Source of the DNA: Eledone cirrhosa
Taxonomy: Eukaryota
Length of the DNA: 64,000 bases
Assembly: GCA_964016885.1 (NCBI GenBank)
Contig: OZ024750.1
Coordinates: 48,670,001 to 48,734,000 of the forward strand
Direction of reading: 5' to 3'
The notes below the pieces were generated by a model. That model was not told the origin of the DNA and did not search any database. It was given only the letters and a program-made list of their open reading frames with translations. This document shows, piece after piece, positions 12,331 to 28,974 of this stretch; positions within the stretch are counted from its first letter, which is position 1, and the number at the start of each line of letters is the position of its first letter. A program made the translations under genes and the position numbers.

Positions 12331-13254
12331 TACTTTTCAACACTCAACGACCCTGAACTTTCTCCTTTTACGAATTAACTCTTCCACTCACTACCCTGAC
12401 GTCTTTATGCACACATACATTTGACTACAACCAATACACACAATAGACACCCACTTATTTATTATAGTTATACGCCCCCTTTTTTCATACCTTCAGCTCA
12501 CACACATGATCACTTTCATTCTTTCCACCCTTCATAACCTAATAGAGACTTTGAACTGTTCTTCCTTTTTAACCTTTAGCCCTGCCTTTATCTACAACCA
12601 AAAACACTCATATATTCACTTTAATCACATATCCTTTGTCATACCCTTACCACACACTGACTACCCTCATTCCATCTACCTCTAATATTCAATCAAAATC
12701 TTTTTCTTTCTACCTAATAGTTATACTCTTTCAACATACACCTTTACATTTTATTATTGTAATAACGGGAACCCCAATTCTATCTTTCACATAATATATT
12801 AATAAATGTATATGTACATATGAATATATGCCCGTTTATATATGTATGCATGTGTTTATTTATAAATGTGTGTGTATTCTTGTATGTATATGTGTATATG
12901 TATATTTATATATATGTGTGTGGTATGTACATGTCTATATATGTTTATGTATATGTTCTGCATGTACGCATGTGTGCATGTGTGTATGTATGTATATGTA
13001 TAAATATATGTATACATATATATATATATATCTATATGCAGATATGTATATGTGTGTGTAGTTATATATGTGTGTTTATACGTATGTGTACGTATGTATA
13101 CTTATTGAGGGTTGTATATATTATAGTGTATATAATTTTTTATCTATATACTTTTTTAGCTGAGTATATACGCTCTTTCCTAATTATATACCTTTCTATA
13201 TCTCTATGTCTGCGTACGTGCGTACATGCGTATGCATATTTATGTATTTTTATA

Positions 13255-13368
13255 TAATTGTTTCTACTTTAGGCACAAGGCCAGCAATTATCCAGTGCAT
13301 TGCTGGTACTTTATTTTATCGACCCCGTAAGGATGAAAGGCAAAGTCAACCTCGGCGGGATTTGAACT
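13255..13368 (-). mobile_element. SINE family A, partial
   Basis: TAATTGTTTCTACTTTAGGCACAAGGCCAGC...GGATTTGAACT on the plus strand. Confidence 0.85.
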
Positions 13369-13525
13369 ATATATTTTTATATAATGCTTTTCATATACGT
13401 AAATGTGTGTGTGTGTGTGTGTATATATGTTTATGCATGTGTGTGCGTGTGTATGTAAGCATATACGTGTTTATATGTATATATATGTGTGTGTGCGTGT
13501 GTGTTTATATATATATATATATATG

Positions 13526-14521
<996 letters not shown>

Positions 14522-14622
14522 TATATATATATATATATATATTATACAGATATATATATATATATAGGTATATGTATATGTGTGTGGGTATGTGTGTGTA
14601 TATATGTGCGTGTAAATGTGTG

Positions 14623-14699
<77 letters not shown>

Positions 14700-14924
14700 G
14701 TGTACGTATTTTGTCATCTCTATATTCTATATAAGTTTATATATGCATATATGTGCACGGATGGGTACAATTATGTATGCATTTCTTTACTTTTTGTCTA
14801 ATTAATGTATTTTTATTGTATTCTTATATTATTGATGTGTGTTTATGTGTGTAAGTATTTTTATGTTTGCGTGTGTGTGTGTATGTGTGTGTGTTTATGT
14901 AATCTATGTATGCTTGGATGTCTT

Positions 14925-14971
<47 letters not shown>

Positions 14972-15723
14972 ATATCTATATATATATATATAAATATAAA
15001 CACACAGCGTGCTAAAACGATCAAAGTTTAGTTTAGAACATTTATTTACTGACAATTGTTTCTTCCAGAGGGCAGTCTGTCATCATCGATGCATAGGGAA
15101 TGTCGAAACTTGTGACTAAAATCCTAGTCATACGGGACATTTAGGGGGACATCATTTTTGTTAGTGTCATAAGCATCATGTGGAGAGTCAGGAGTTAAAC
15201 AGATGAGAGAACACAATTACAGGCACCTCTGGTTGAAAGTGTAAGAGGTATATGCAAACATGACAGGCAAAAAATTATAAGCATGGAAACGCGGTGTACA
15301 ATTCAGGAGTCAATACATTCAGTAAGACATGTATGAGGAAAGAATTATAATGCAGTTGAAATAAACATATCGTGTGTGGGGTGTTATTACATGTTTTAAT
15401 TGTTAGAAATGTTTAAGATACTGTGTGGTGATAATGTAGGTATTTGTTATGTGAGGTGTAATGCAAAGCACGTGATTGAGTTGGATAGGTGATTTGCATG
15501 TAAGTGTTTTTGTATTGTAGTTGGTATGTACGTGTATATGTTGTTTGTAGCTCACAGCTATTAACTATGGGATTATTTTGAATCGTTTATAGTCAATAGG
15601 TGTTTGTTAAATGCAAATTACGCTGAATTACTGGACATGTTGTTATTGTAGGTATATTATCTCATGCATTTTGTATCTACAAATTACCTTTTCTAGGCTT
15701 TGTATTAACCGTTAATATATTTA

Positions 15724-15773
<50 letters not shown>

Positions 15774-16045
15774 GAAAGAAAGATGAAATCGAAAGTTCAA
15801 CTGGAGTCTAATAATATATATATATCCATTTACATACTCTTATGTAATTATATGTATTTTTGTACACCAGTGTCTTCATGTACGATTTGTTCGTGTGTGC
15901 GTGCGTGTGTGCGTGCCTATATTTTTATACCTTAACATAATGTTTATTTTTTTATTTTTTCGGCAGTCTGGTCAGATGGATATATATATATATATGATGT
16001 CAGTCACACGAAATGTGCTTATGTTTGTATTGTATCTATGTATAC

Positions 16046-16143
<98 letters not shown>

Positions 16144-17147
16144 AGGGAGAGAGCTAGATAGATGCACAATTGATGCAATATCTTGCAATAATGTTAGTTA
16201 ATCTTTGTTTTGAGTTCAAATATTTGTCACTGTCAACTTTGACCCTCGTCATTTCGTGAGTGATAGATAATATACAAAGGTGAAGAATTGAGAGAATTAT
16301 TAGATTCTATTCGTGATGTTAGACAAATATAGACTATACATATAATTTAATTCATATATGAATATAAAGTATATACATACATATAACACTTCAACGACAT
16401 AGGAAATACAGTTATAAAATTGATAGCCAGCACCACATGTGGAAATTAACTAAGGAGAAACATACTGGACAGTTTCAAACGACTGTTATATTATATAATG
16501 TGAATCTACACCAAATACCTATTGTAATTATTGTTTTTGATTTTCATATTAGCACCAAAACAACGCAATTCTATCACCCCAGATTTGGATAAATATTTAC
16601 CACAATGAGTACGTCTTAAACAGGTGAAGGAATATTAAGTAGTGATGCTTTTATAGGCGTGACATTAGGAAATAAATTATTTCTACGTAAAGAAAGAGTG
16701 TGGGATTAGTAGAGCTGGAACTACTAGTGAACAGGATTTATATTCACTGTTCTTGAAAGGATTAAATACAACCTTATTTCTGTGGAATTTATAATCAGAG
16801 CGAAATCTCACAGATAAAATATTGAGGCACTTTGAATTCGAAGCTCCTAACCACCCGTTCAATTCGCAGCATATTTTATATTGAAATTAATAACATTACA
16901 AGTCAATTTCTATCCATAATATCTGTGTAAAAGTTGCACCCGGTATCAATGTCCTGTATATTGAATTTTATTCATGTTTTCAAAGTAATGAGGTAACATT
17001 TGATATTAAATTTCGGAGTGAGTTTTTTAAAGATTCAATCTGAGTGAATTTGAAAGCATAAATCTGAACATATCATAGTATATAATGTATAGAATATTTG
17101 ATATTATATATATATATTCTTTGCTTAAACTTTAATCTGTTATTTTA

Positions 17148-17208
<61 letters not shown>

Positions 17209-17220
17209 GTATTATCTATA

Positions 17221-17276
<56 letters not shown>

Positions 17277-17291
17277 GTATTATCTATATGC

Positions 17292-17333
<42 letters not shown>

Positions 17334-17928
17334 GGGGGGGGAGAAAGAGAGATAGAGAGGCGGGGGACAAATCTATGTGTGCGTGTGAGTGTGTACACGT
17401 GCGTATCTTTATAGTACTGAGGCCTAGCTCATGCTTATAAAAATGTCCTATGTCCACCCGTAGTTCCATGTAAATACTTATATGTTATTTCATCTATATA
17501 TGTAGCATAACTCGACAATTACACATTAGAATCAAAGAACTCCTCAATACAAATGTGTTTGCATTCACTTAGAGAAATGTAAAAACACAGACATATATAT
17601 AGCAGTTACGATAGACGCCAAGACAGAAATGTAGGGTAACTAAGAAATAAAGAAGCGATAATCATAGCCTAAACACTCCCGCGGATCAATAATAGTCAAG
17701 AAATAGGCACGCAACACTTAACATAGACTACACACACCTCCACAGGAATTTATATAAGATGGTACGTATAAGTATATGTCTGTATGTGTATATATACATA
17801 TACATATAAACAAATATATCTGGCAACAACTGGCCCTCTTGATCGTTTTTTTATTCAGCATTTTCTCGTTAGAGTCTCTTGGATTGTGTTTACCAGTATT
17901 CCTTTATTATATAACTATCATGCAATAT

Positions 17929-17986
17929 ACACCTGATGATGTCAACAGGATCCTACGTAACCCGACGACTGAAATGTACATAGTGT
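17929..17986 (+). ncRNA. Hammerhead ribozyme (UGUACA loop III)
   Basis: ACAC-CTGATGA-TGTC..GACT-GAAA-TGTACA-TA|GTGT; stem I extends with GCAA/TTGC. Confidence 0.8.
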
Positions 17987-18230
17987 TTGCTGAAATATAT
18001 GTTTTAAGGAATTTAACCAGGCCGACCTCCCGTCATTTTACTCAATAATAATTAACTTTGTTGTCACACCACCAACAATATTCAACATCAAAATATGGAT
18101 GGGTTGCATAAAGTCGAGTGCTTTACCCAATATGATATCATGGTTGATAATATGAAATGACTGATTTTATCCAGAGGTGAACCACCAACATAAATGTATG
18201 TATGTATATATATATATATAGATATATATA

Positions 18231-18517
18231 TATTAATTCAAAATATTAACAAACATAGACAGTCGTGTGATCAAGTATATTTTATTATACATATTTCAGA
18301 GGTACTGAGGTATCTTCAACACTACGCCCTCCTCGGATGAGTACCATCAAAATAACTACCATGGCTCAATCTTAACCATCTACTAAGTCATGCATCATCT
18401 TATTTTATCTGATGTGGACGTACTGTTGAATATAGTTCAGTACCTCTGAAATATGTATAATATAATATACTTGATCACACGAATGTCTATTTTTGTTAAT
18501 ATTATGAATTAATATTA
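18231..18517. repeat. Fold-back pair of HHR-bearing pLTR-like fragments (decayed cores)
   Basis: Arms about 18231-18340 and 18402-18517, homologous to 47592-47931. Cores are CCGAGGA and CTGATGT. Confidence 0.75.
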
Positions 18518-18605
18518 ATAACTCCGGAAAACCAAATCTATTGAGTGCTTCCAAACTATTGTAAAACTCATTCCTTTGTTTATTCATTAAACCTTCTTTA
18601 ACCTT

Positions 18606-18676
<71 letters not shown>

Positions 18677-18728
18677 CATGAAAGAAGATTGACATGGTTT
18701 GCTATACAAAAAAGGTTTTTAATCTCAT

Positions 18729-18836
18729 TGCTGACAATTATTTCTCTGAACTGGTAGGTCTAGAGATCGCTATTCGCTTGTTTTCACGTTGCTGGATCGC
18801 CAATACAAAATTATAACCAGTCAGTTCTTCGGAGCA
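18729..18836 (-). ncRNA. Hammerhead-like motif with variant core CCGAAGA and long stem II
   Basis: Minus strand: TGCT-CCGAAGA-ACTGACTGGT..(~60 nt)..ACCAGTTCAGA-GAAA-TAATTG-TC|AGCA. Confidence 0.65.
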
Positions 18837-19155
18837 TGCGACAATGATGAGGAATAAAAAGGCATGAAAGGAATATACAGGCTACTATATGAAGTAGTAA
18901 TGGCATTCAGTTAGAACAATAACAACAGAGCAAACAGCACGGACACTCTATCTCAAAATTATTTTTGAAAAGCATTTAGAAATGCGCAACCGGTAAAAAC
19001 TTAAAAACTTAAAACCACAACTGAATACTAACCCATACAATCACTAATACTCTTTTATTCCTAATTAAACCATTTTTCAACTGTGAACAATTTGTCAGCA
19101 TTTTCTATTCCGTTTACCAATATATAATAACTTGTGTGTTACACCTCTATTCTTT

Positions 19156-19194
<39 letters not shown>

Positions 19195-19197
<3 letters not shown>

Positions 19198-19402
19198 AAG
19201 GAGGTGGGGCAAGAAAGCAGAAGGACCATAACTCACCAGAGTACTCAATACTTAGGGTAGGAGGGTGGGTAATAGGAACATGTTTGACCCCGACAGCAGA
19301 ACTCAGGCCGTTTCGACGGCTATTTCTGGACTATTCCAGAAATAGTCCAGAAATAGCTGTCGAAACGGCTTGAACCCTGCCGTCGGGGTCAAACATTTTC
19401 CT

Positions 19403-19405
<3 letters not shown>
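19195..19405. mobile_element. Fold-back element, 'GAAACGGC' family (copy 1)
   Basis: Inverted arms GACCCCGACAGC..GCCGTTTCGACGGCTATTTCTGGA / TCCAGAAATAGCTGTCGAAACGGC..GTCGGGGTC; between (TA)n tracts. Confidence 0.8.
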
Positions 19406-19483
<78 letters not shown>

Positions 19484-20046
19484 AGAGAGAGTGTGTGTGT
19501 GTCTATATGTATATCCTGTGTTAACGAGCACCGTTTATAGTGAAAGTCCAATCATATTTGGCTAAACAATACACCGCTTAAATAGACCGAAGAGAACAAT
19601 TTCTTGAAAAGTGTCAAGTTAATATAATCATGACACATATCATATCTAGGAAAATAGAAACAGATTGAAATTTTCAGTCAATATTTTTCGATATCATTTC
19701 TATATATTGTCAATATAACATAGCAGTCTGTCAGTTATGACAGACCCTTGTCTCATCTCTGGCAGTAGGTACCAAGAAGGCTACAGCTTAAGAAACAAAA
19801 TCTCTAGCATAAATGTCATTTGAACACAGACTGAGACTTGTCATTTGAAAACAGACTGACTCTGTTGGGTCATCTAGATGAGTCTGCCTGATATAAGTGC
19901 CAAAATCGCACTTAACCCTAAATATGACAATGTTGTTTTTTTTCAATGTTTTACATCCGATGATACGTGAAGAAACTACAAAAGTTTAAGGCGTTAATAT
20001 GTTATAAGCTTTCTATATTTTCTTCTAAAGTGGTTCATATTTTGCC

Positions 20047-20610
20047 AGTGGATTGGCATATCGGTAGAGGGTCTGACGCTATTCTTTGCAGCAAACAGTT
20101 CAAATCCCACGGATGTTAACTTTGCTTTAATCCTTACGGGGTCGATAAAATAAAGTACCAGCAATGTATTGGGTGATTGCTGGCCTTGTTCCAAATATAG
20201 AAACAATTATTTCTAAATATCATTTCGGGCTGTGGATTGGCAGTATCGGTAGAGGGCTGTACGCTATGCGTTGTAGAAAAGAGTTACGGCCCTTTATGGT
20301 CTGAGTTCAAATCCCGCCGAGGTTAACTTTGCCTTTCTTCATTACCGTGTCGATAAAATAAAGTACACTGATTAAATTGCTGGCCTTGTGCAATTATTTC
20401 TAAATAGTATTTCTAAAGGGGCGGTGGATTGGCGGTATCACTAGAGGTTGGGACGCCATCCTTTGACACATAGAGTTAAGGCCCTTGAAATTCTGATTTC
20501 AAATCCTGGCGGGGTTAACTTTGCCTTTCATCCTTACGGGGTCGATAAAATGAAGTACCAGTAATACACTGGATAATTGCTGGCCTTGTGCCAAAAGTAG
20601 AAACAATTAT
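20047..20610 (+). mobile_element. Three head-to-tail SINE family A copies
   Basis: Heads GTGGATTGGC at about 20048, 20232 and 20424, each with B box and core, each followed by ATTATTTCTAAATA. Confidence 0.85.
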
Positions 20611-21709
20611 TTCTAAATATCATACAATTCTATCAGATAGTACTTATATTATGCTCCATGTTTACCTTTCCTTTTCACATACAGCAAATTTCCTTCCACA
20701 CACCGTATTTTAGGTGGTACATATTTTTTTTCTACTTAAATTTGCAGGCAAATTGGTATGTTTAAATTTTCCTTTTCGCAATTACAACATATACCATTGC
20801 ACGTATGTATATATGTATAGAATTGTACGTATGCATGTATGTATGCAGGCATATATGTATATAAGTATGTATGCCCTGGTTTTATAATTTCACAAATGTT
20901 TGCCAATAGAAAGAGAGTTGGTTTCTAACAGACACAAGACTCTCTCATTGTAATTTACACAACATCAACTAGGTAGATATGTATGTATGTGTGTGCAAGT
21001 ATGGATGTTACTGTATATGTGGATGTGTATGTTTTGAGTTGTATGTGTGCATGTGTATATGCTTTGTATCTGTATATGTGTATATTCAGTTATTAGATGC
21101 AGAATGTTTGGAATGTTTTACATATTTATACTCTTCCATTAATGGATTGTATTTCTAATTTCCTAACTAGTTCGGTACTTTCTGTTTCTGTGAAGCCTAG
21201 CTTCTCAAGGTTTCTGTTGAGGAAGTATGTATGTTTGAATATATATATGTATGTGGGTGTATGTATATATATATTTGTATGTAAGTGTGTATGCATACAT
21301 GTATGTATGTATGTTTCTATGGATAGGTGTGCGTATGTATGTATGTATATCTATTTTTGTGTATGTAGAAAACTCGTCGTTGCAACCGACGGAGGACTAG
21401 TCCATTAGCCCCTAATTTCTAGTATTCACTCAGGAGCTACACTGACTGACACCGTACCTCAAGCGGTAGATGTTTTTCTAGCTACGTAGTATTGGGAATT
21501 CTATTTTCCTTATTTTCCAGGCAGCTAAGGTATTCAAAGATAGAAATCAGTAAATGATATAACATTTCTGAATATTTTTCAACCTCATTACTTATTTACC
21601 TTTACTCAACTTGAAGTGGTACGCACTCTGTGGCCTGTTTCCATACTGATATCACAAACAATTACACACGCGCACAGAGAAACACACACGCACACCATAC
21701 ATACATCAT

Positions 21710-21796
<87 letters not shown>

Positions 21797-21885
21797 AATA
21801 TATATACACACACACACACCGACCCACATATATATAGAGATAGATATAGATATAAATATGTATATATACACGTATATAATACCTG

Positions 21886-21968
<83 letters not shown>

Positions 21969-22320
21969 GATAACAAGTTATCTTTATAGGTAATCGCGTT
22001 AGAGGTTGGGAGTGCTCTGCGTCGTGGATAGATTTAACGTACGGTTTTGTTTTTTTTACTTAACAAGATGCTACTATAGTTATGCTGCGAGTTCACGGTA
22101 ATTTTTATGGAGGTTATACTTGGAGTAATATTACTTAAAGAATAAAGATTATCTAAATGCTCTGATGTGTTGACCACAGGTGAATAACGTATTGGAGATC
22201 GAATAACGCAACATCAAGCGATTAGAGAACTCTAGACACACAGGATATACGAAACAGCCAACCATGTTAATCTTCATTCTTTAATATATATAAATATATA
22301 TAATATATATATATAAATAA

Positions 22321-22368
<48 letters not shown>

Positions 22369-22527
22369 GAGAGGTATAGAGATTGTTTTAGCAAGAAGCT
22401 AACGGCATTCTATAACATATATGCGACTATAACGTCAAGATGGGAAAAGTAGTTAACGAAAGATTTAGGAAAAATAACTCAAACTCATCTCAAACGAGAA
22501 TCAGGATATAAATTCATCCACAGAATT

Positions 22528-22575
<48 letters not shown>

Positions 22576-22710
22576 AGTGTAAGTTTCTACACAAAACGAA
22601 GGTTATAGAGAAAATTGAGGTTGGTAATGTCACATGAAATACATAAGAGACAGAACACTCCCCCCCCCCTCCAACGGGATCTTCTGAAACAATACATATA
22701 TATATATATA

Positions 22711-23059
<349 letters not shown>

Positions 23060-23082
23060 AATATATATATATATAATGTAAA

Positions 23083-23215
23083 AAGAAAAATCAGTAATGC
23101 ATTGGAAAAAATTTATCGTGTGTTACAATTGTTTCCCCGGCGAATAGCTCGAGGTTCGATCCGTGTGTGGATCGCCTGATTCAAGACTCGCAGGTACGTC
23201 GGACATGTCTATTGA
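23083..23215 (-). mobile_element. pLTR-like fragment with HHR-like motif (CCGACG core, CAATTG loop)
   Basis: Homologous to 58213-58335. Minus strand: TGT-CCGACGT-ACCTGCGAG..CGCCGGG-GAAA-CAATTG-TA|ACA. Confidence 0.55.
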
Positions 23216-23544
23216 TTTCGGAGCATATCCTCTCTCTGGGGTTTCTGACCCTACAGGTCTATATGCTCATACATATATATATATACACACACATATATAT
23301 ATATATATATATTTTTTTTTTTTTTGGTTTACGTATATATATATATGTATGTGTGTGTGTGTGGGTGTGTGTGCGTTTGTCTTTGTGTGTGAGTGGCTGT
23401 ATGCGTATATGATTATATATTATAGATTATATATTCTCAAATGTAAAAAAAAAACGCTTGCATCAGCACAACCACTTTCTGTCAGATGTGTTTAGGAAAT
23501 TGTAATTTCACATGCTCATCCTTTCTCTTACATACAATTCCCTG

Positions 23545-23720
23545 GGTTGGCCAGTGGAAATTTCTGGTGTCCTCGACCCCAGGGCTACCTCCTTACTCAC
23601 CACCATAGGCGCTGAGCTGGTCAGCCGTAGGTGTGAGCCCCGCGAGTTGGAGTTGCTTTTCAAGCGCGTCTCCCTTGCCGTCCACCGGGGAAACGCCTTC
23701 TCCATTCTGTCCGCCGGGGC
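23545..23720 (+). mobile_element. 3' end of a CRE-like (RLE-type) non-LTR retrotransposon
   Basis: GC-rich island translating VEISGVLDPRATSLLTTIG..EPRE..LFKRVSLAVHRGNAFSIL, matching the recalled 'QRIS.AVQRGNA.SI' C-terminus of restriction-like-endonuclease elements. Confidence 0.7.
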
Positions 23721-24228
23721 TCCTGATGGGCCCCATCGCGTACCATTACATTAGTTAAATACCATTCTTACATCCCAGTAGAGTTAAATAAACCAGACGA
23801 CACAATATGAAGAGAAAGATCTATAGAGAGAAAAGCTTAGATATCTAGCTTTCGCATCTTTATCGTTACTGAACAGATGGCCTGTCCTGGATTATCACAT
23901 TCGAATTTGAAGCGTACACTTAACGTTGTGTGCTTGAACATAATTACAGCATTGCTTATTGATTGAAGAGTGGTAAAATTAACATCATTTATTCTAAATC
24001 TTAAGCACTTAAAGAGTATGTCACAAATGAGATTCCTCTTAGAACATAGAGATATTATCCATATTGGGCCTTAAAAGAAGGGTCTTCGCTCCCTTTCTGA
24101 ACATATGTAAACATTGATGTACACCCCCCTCCCCACACACACACACAAACACACGCACATACAGACACACACATACACACACACACACACACATACACAC
24201 ACACACGCACGCACGCACACACACACAG

Positions 24229-24265
<37 letters not shown>

Positions 24266-24450
24266 AGATCCCGTTAAGGGTGAAAGCAGCGATTATTTGC
24301 TTAAACTTTAATCTGTTATTTTAATAAATATATATATATATATATATATATATGGAAAGTTATATTTAAATTGTTGGGTTATTTTTTCAAATACAAGTCG
24401 ATGTTGAACGGTATGTCAAATCTATTTATCTATAAAACTGTCTATATTGT

Positions 24451-24514
24451 ATTTTGTCTGAAGAAGGCATAACATATTGTTAATATGATATCCCTGAAAT
24501 ATATATAATGAAAT
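24451..24514 (+). ncRNA. Hammerhead ribozyme (UAUAUA loop)
   Basis: ATTTTGT-CTGAAGA-AGGCATAACATATT GTT AATATGATATCCCT-GAAA-TATATA-TA|ATGAAAT. Confidence 0.8.
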
Positions 24515-24555
24515 AAATATGGTTTTATAAATATAGTTTCCATTTATTTAATATC

Positions 24556-24595
<40 letters not shown>

Positions 24596-25416
24596 CGTTT
24601 CATAACTTTTTGTATTTACCGCTGAGACCCTATCTGATTTGGTCGATCTGTGTACCCTCCCCACTTCGCATCTACCCTCCCTTCTCTCTTCCCTTCACCT
24701 CCTCACTCTCGTTTTTCCTCTCTCTCTATCCAGCCGTTCGGTTTTGATTGTTGACATGTTTACACGTGCCGTGGTTGCCACTCTGTCCGCAATCTTTGCG
24801 ACACGTTTTTACCACCGTCGTAAAAAAAACCCTTCTGCATTATCTCCCTTTCCCTTCTCCTCCTCACTTTTGGTTGCCCGTATCTTTCTCTCACTTTCTC
24901 CTGTCTATGTGAGTGGCAGCACGATTGTACCAGCTCTGAATCGTAGCTGACCACTAGGTTGGCCACAACTTACTTTCCCCATTTTTCCACAGTTACTTTT
25001 TTGCATGTTTCTTTCCCACGATGGGACCTGAACACTTTTTTTCTCCTATTCCTTTCCTATTTTTCCCCCTTTTCCCTTCCCCCATCTTCCTCTCTCCTCA
25101 CCATTTAACCCCCCCCCCCTCATGTTCTTCCTCCTTTCCCTTGCTTTCCTTTTCTCTCCCCTTCCCCCCCTTTTTCTCTCTCTTTCTCTCTCATTTTCCA
25201 CCTGTCCTTTTAATTAATAAACGGCCTCGGGCGCGCCGGGGATACACCGATGTCCTGAAATTCAGCGCCGATGTAATTTTTTATGACATTTTATGCGTCA
25301 TGTATTGTGTGTTTTTCTATATAGCGCTGGACTTGGGACCTCTACTTGTCCGTTATCCTTGTTCTGGTGACTGAACTCGATGGAGCCTGCAGCCTTTGAT
25401 ATATTTTTATTTATAA

Positions 25417-25461
25417 GCTCTGATGATTCCTGCCATAGGGTATGGATGAAACAATGTTAGC
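25417..25461 (+). ncRNA. Hammerhead ribozyme
   Basis: GCT-CTGATGA-TTCC..GGAT-GAAA-CAATG-TT|AGC, with outer TTTTATTT/AAATAAAA. Follows a long pyrimidine-rich, UTR-like tract from about 24600. Confidence 0.75.
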
Positions 25462-26369
25462 AAATAAAACACTGTATTTCTAAGCACTCTGTGTTTATTC
25501 ATAAACTTATAACGGCTCTGTAGTTTACTAGTTATCCTACAATGTCATACCAAGCGCAATGTACCTGCGTGTCTGTGCACATTAATATACTTGTCAAAGA
25601 AACATATATGTATGGTTTTATATAATTCCTTCATTGGTACATTTCATATTTCCACATATATGAACATATATCTGAAATTGGTAATTTGTTCAAAACAGCG
25701 AATATTTACAACGTACCTTGGATATAAATATAATCAGGTAGTAAATCTTGCTTATACACAAACCCAATTATTTAAATGTAGCATTCAGTTAGTCATATCA
25801 ATAGCAGTGCGTTTCAGTTAATTATTTTTTGGAGCCAATGACATGATCCAGGCTTTTCCGTTCTACCTTCCTCTACGATTCAAACTGAGAACGCCGTAAA
25901 AAGAGAATACTTCATTTGATATAAAATATAATAATCCTTTCAAAATATTTACCACATACGAATGTATCGGTATATCTATGTTAGTTTACAATCAATATCG
26001 TTATGTCACCGTGAATCACAGCTCTCCATGTTAATTTTAATTCAGACACAATTATCTTTATTTTTGTTATCACTTGTCTCACTAACTTTTTTGATTACCA
26101 ACTATAAGGAGTACTCGTTACTTCCCTAGTCTGTTATGGCTTACTAGCTCTATACTGACCTTTTTAATATAATAAATAAATAAATAAGTAAATACATTAA
26201 TAGATAAAAACATTTCTATCATAAATATAATTTTTGAATTAGACATCTAGCACGAATATATCATATTTATTAAAGTAGTTCACCAAACATTTTCCAGAAG
26301 TTTTCTGTTATTATCAATGCCATAGAGAACATTTGCGCAGAATTTAGTATGGTATATGTAATACTTCAC

Positions 26370-26612
26370 CAGTTACGACGAGGAGAGTTCCAACTGATAC
26401 AATCAACGAAACCGCCTGCTCGTTTCTGATCAATCTACAGACACGTATAACCTTTAAAGAGGACCGAGAGTGCCACAGAATGTGTCTAGGGTGACTGGTC
26501 TGAAGAACGTGAAATATTATATATTGCTGAATGTCACAGTGCAGCGCCGAGAATATACCTCACAAACTTACAATCCTGAGCTGATTACCCTAACTATTAA
26601 GCCACATGCCTT
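26370..26612 (-). mobile_element. Decayed tRNA-derived SINE (third family, CORE-type by recall)
   Basis: Plus strand ends CCTGAGCTGATTACCCTAACTATTAAGCCACATGCCTT (tRNA-like head on minus); body AGTTACGACGAGGAGAGTTCCAACTGAT. Confidence 0.55.
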
Positions 26613-26939
26613 TACACATATGGTATATGAAACGAAATAATATAGCAGCATCTTTCACTACATGGTATTATTATTATATTGGTATTTACCGTTGTGTTAG
26701 CAATTATATTTGAAATATCGAGACAGGAATAATTCCTGTTGTTTTTGTTTTTTGTTTTTTTTATCTTTATGTATAAGGGAGAATATTCTAAAATGTTTAC
26801 ACTTCACTGTCTAATCATTTCCCAGGACCAGCTTCTGATTTCTTGAATATCTGCATCGATGTATAGTTAACTTAACCTTCAAATATAAACTGTTCTAGCT
26901 TAAATATATAGCACATATATGTATACATGTATACGTGCA

Positions 26940-27077
<138 letters not shown>

Positions 27078-27082
27078 GTATT

Positions 27083-27235
<153 letters not shown>

Positions 27236-28346
27236 GTGTGTGTCTGTGTATTTATATATATGTATGTGTGTGTATCAGATCGAAAGTATATTTTCGTGTA
27301 TGTGAGGCTTTAAACAAAGCACATCAAATAAGGGTTGTCGTAAATAGAGCAAGAAGAGTGGTTACTTCAAAAGTATCAATTTAATATGATCATGAATTAT
27401 ATCGATTTTTTCCCTGTAAATTTTCTTTTATTGTTTTTGCCGTGATCAAACATTTTCTTGGTAATATATAATTGATAAAGAATATATTTTCTCTTACACA
27501 CGTAGAGATGAACATTAATAAAAGTACACTGTCGAAAATCAAAGACTACTACAAATATGTAAATAGATATATAAAATATTTCTTTGAATCTTCTAGCAAG
27601 TATTATTATGTTTTGTCAACTTAAATCTTTCCGCAGACATTGTAGATTTTACGAAGGTTATAATAATGATGAACGTTTTGAAAAAACAATTAAATATTTA
27701 ATATTGCAATATTAAATAGCATTTTTTTTTATCTGAAATCAATATTCACAATTGCTTTCCGATATCTCGAAACATTATCGTCGCTGGAAGAGATAGCCAA
27801 TAACAATATACTTTTACATATTGAAACACTTTTGCTGCCTACATACTGTGAGCCTGACTGAAATGAACATCTATAAGAATGAGCCTCACACATTTGTCTG
27901 ATTTATTTAGCATATGCTTCTACATGTTAACCGGGGCAACACATTCGCAATGTTGACCACAAGGGATCAATCATGAGCCAACATCCATATTATGGTATGA
28001 AAATAACATCAGCTAGTAGAGATATAAATTAAAGTTTTATTATTATGACTGGTATTGTGCAACAATATATGCTTCATATATAAATATTCCAATCGCCCAT
28101 ATAAAAAAAAAAAAAATTATAGCCCCTATTAAATGAACACAAATACGTCCTCACTGAGGCCGGGTTTATTGAGGGTTACAATAAATGATCAGTCCATAAA
28201 CATTATCCGAGATATTTGCTGTGTTGGGTTCATTGCAGTCAACACCGATGTCTGTTTTGTTTTGTATTCTTTCGCCTCTTATGTGGCACACGCACACACA
28301 CACGCACACACACGCGCATATGTATATATATACACACATGCACACC

Positions 28347-28449
<103 letters not shown>

Positions 28450-28688
28450 TTAAAGGGTCCGTCGAGCTGCCGATTATTGAGTCGGGTAAGATCGATACAG
28501 ATCGAAACTTGAGCTGACCAGTGGCGAAACGCGCGTCAGCTGCCAATAAATGTAATGAAGGAGTAACCTATCGTCCTTGTTATCCTTTCAATATATTACA
28601 CTCTGTATAGCTATATAACACAACACAGAAGTGAACATAAACATCGAGTGGTCACCCGAATGAACCTGCAGTAACTCCAAGTTACACT

Positions 28689-28723
<35 letters not shown>

Positions 28724-28755
28724 TATATCTAAGGCGGGTAAAATTCCCGAGATGA

Positions 28756-28974
<219 letters not shown>

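Noticed and set aside
15045-15090. Minus-strand ATGATGA..GAAA-CAATTG-TC
   Set aside because: Probably a decayed HHR, but C3 is lost and stem I does not pair.
26500-26520. CTGAAGA-ACGT-GAAA possible HHR
   Set aside because: No stem I or stem II; it lies within a decayed SINE.
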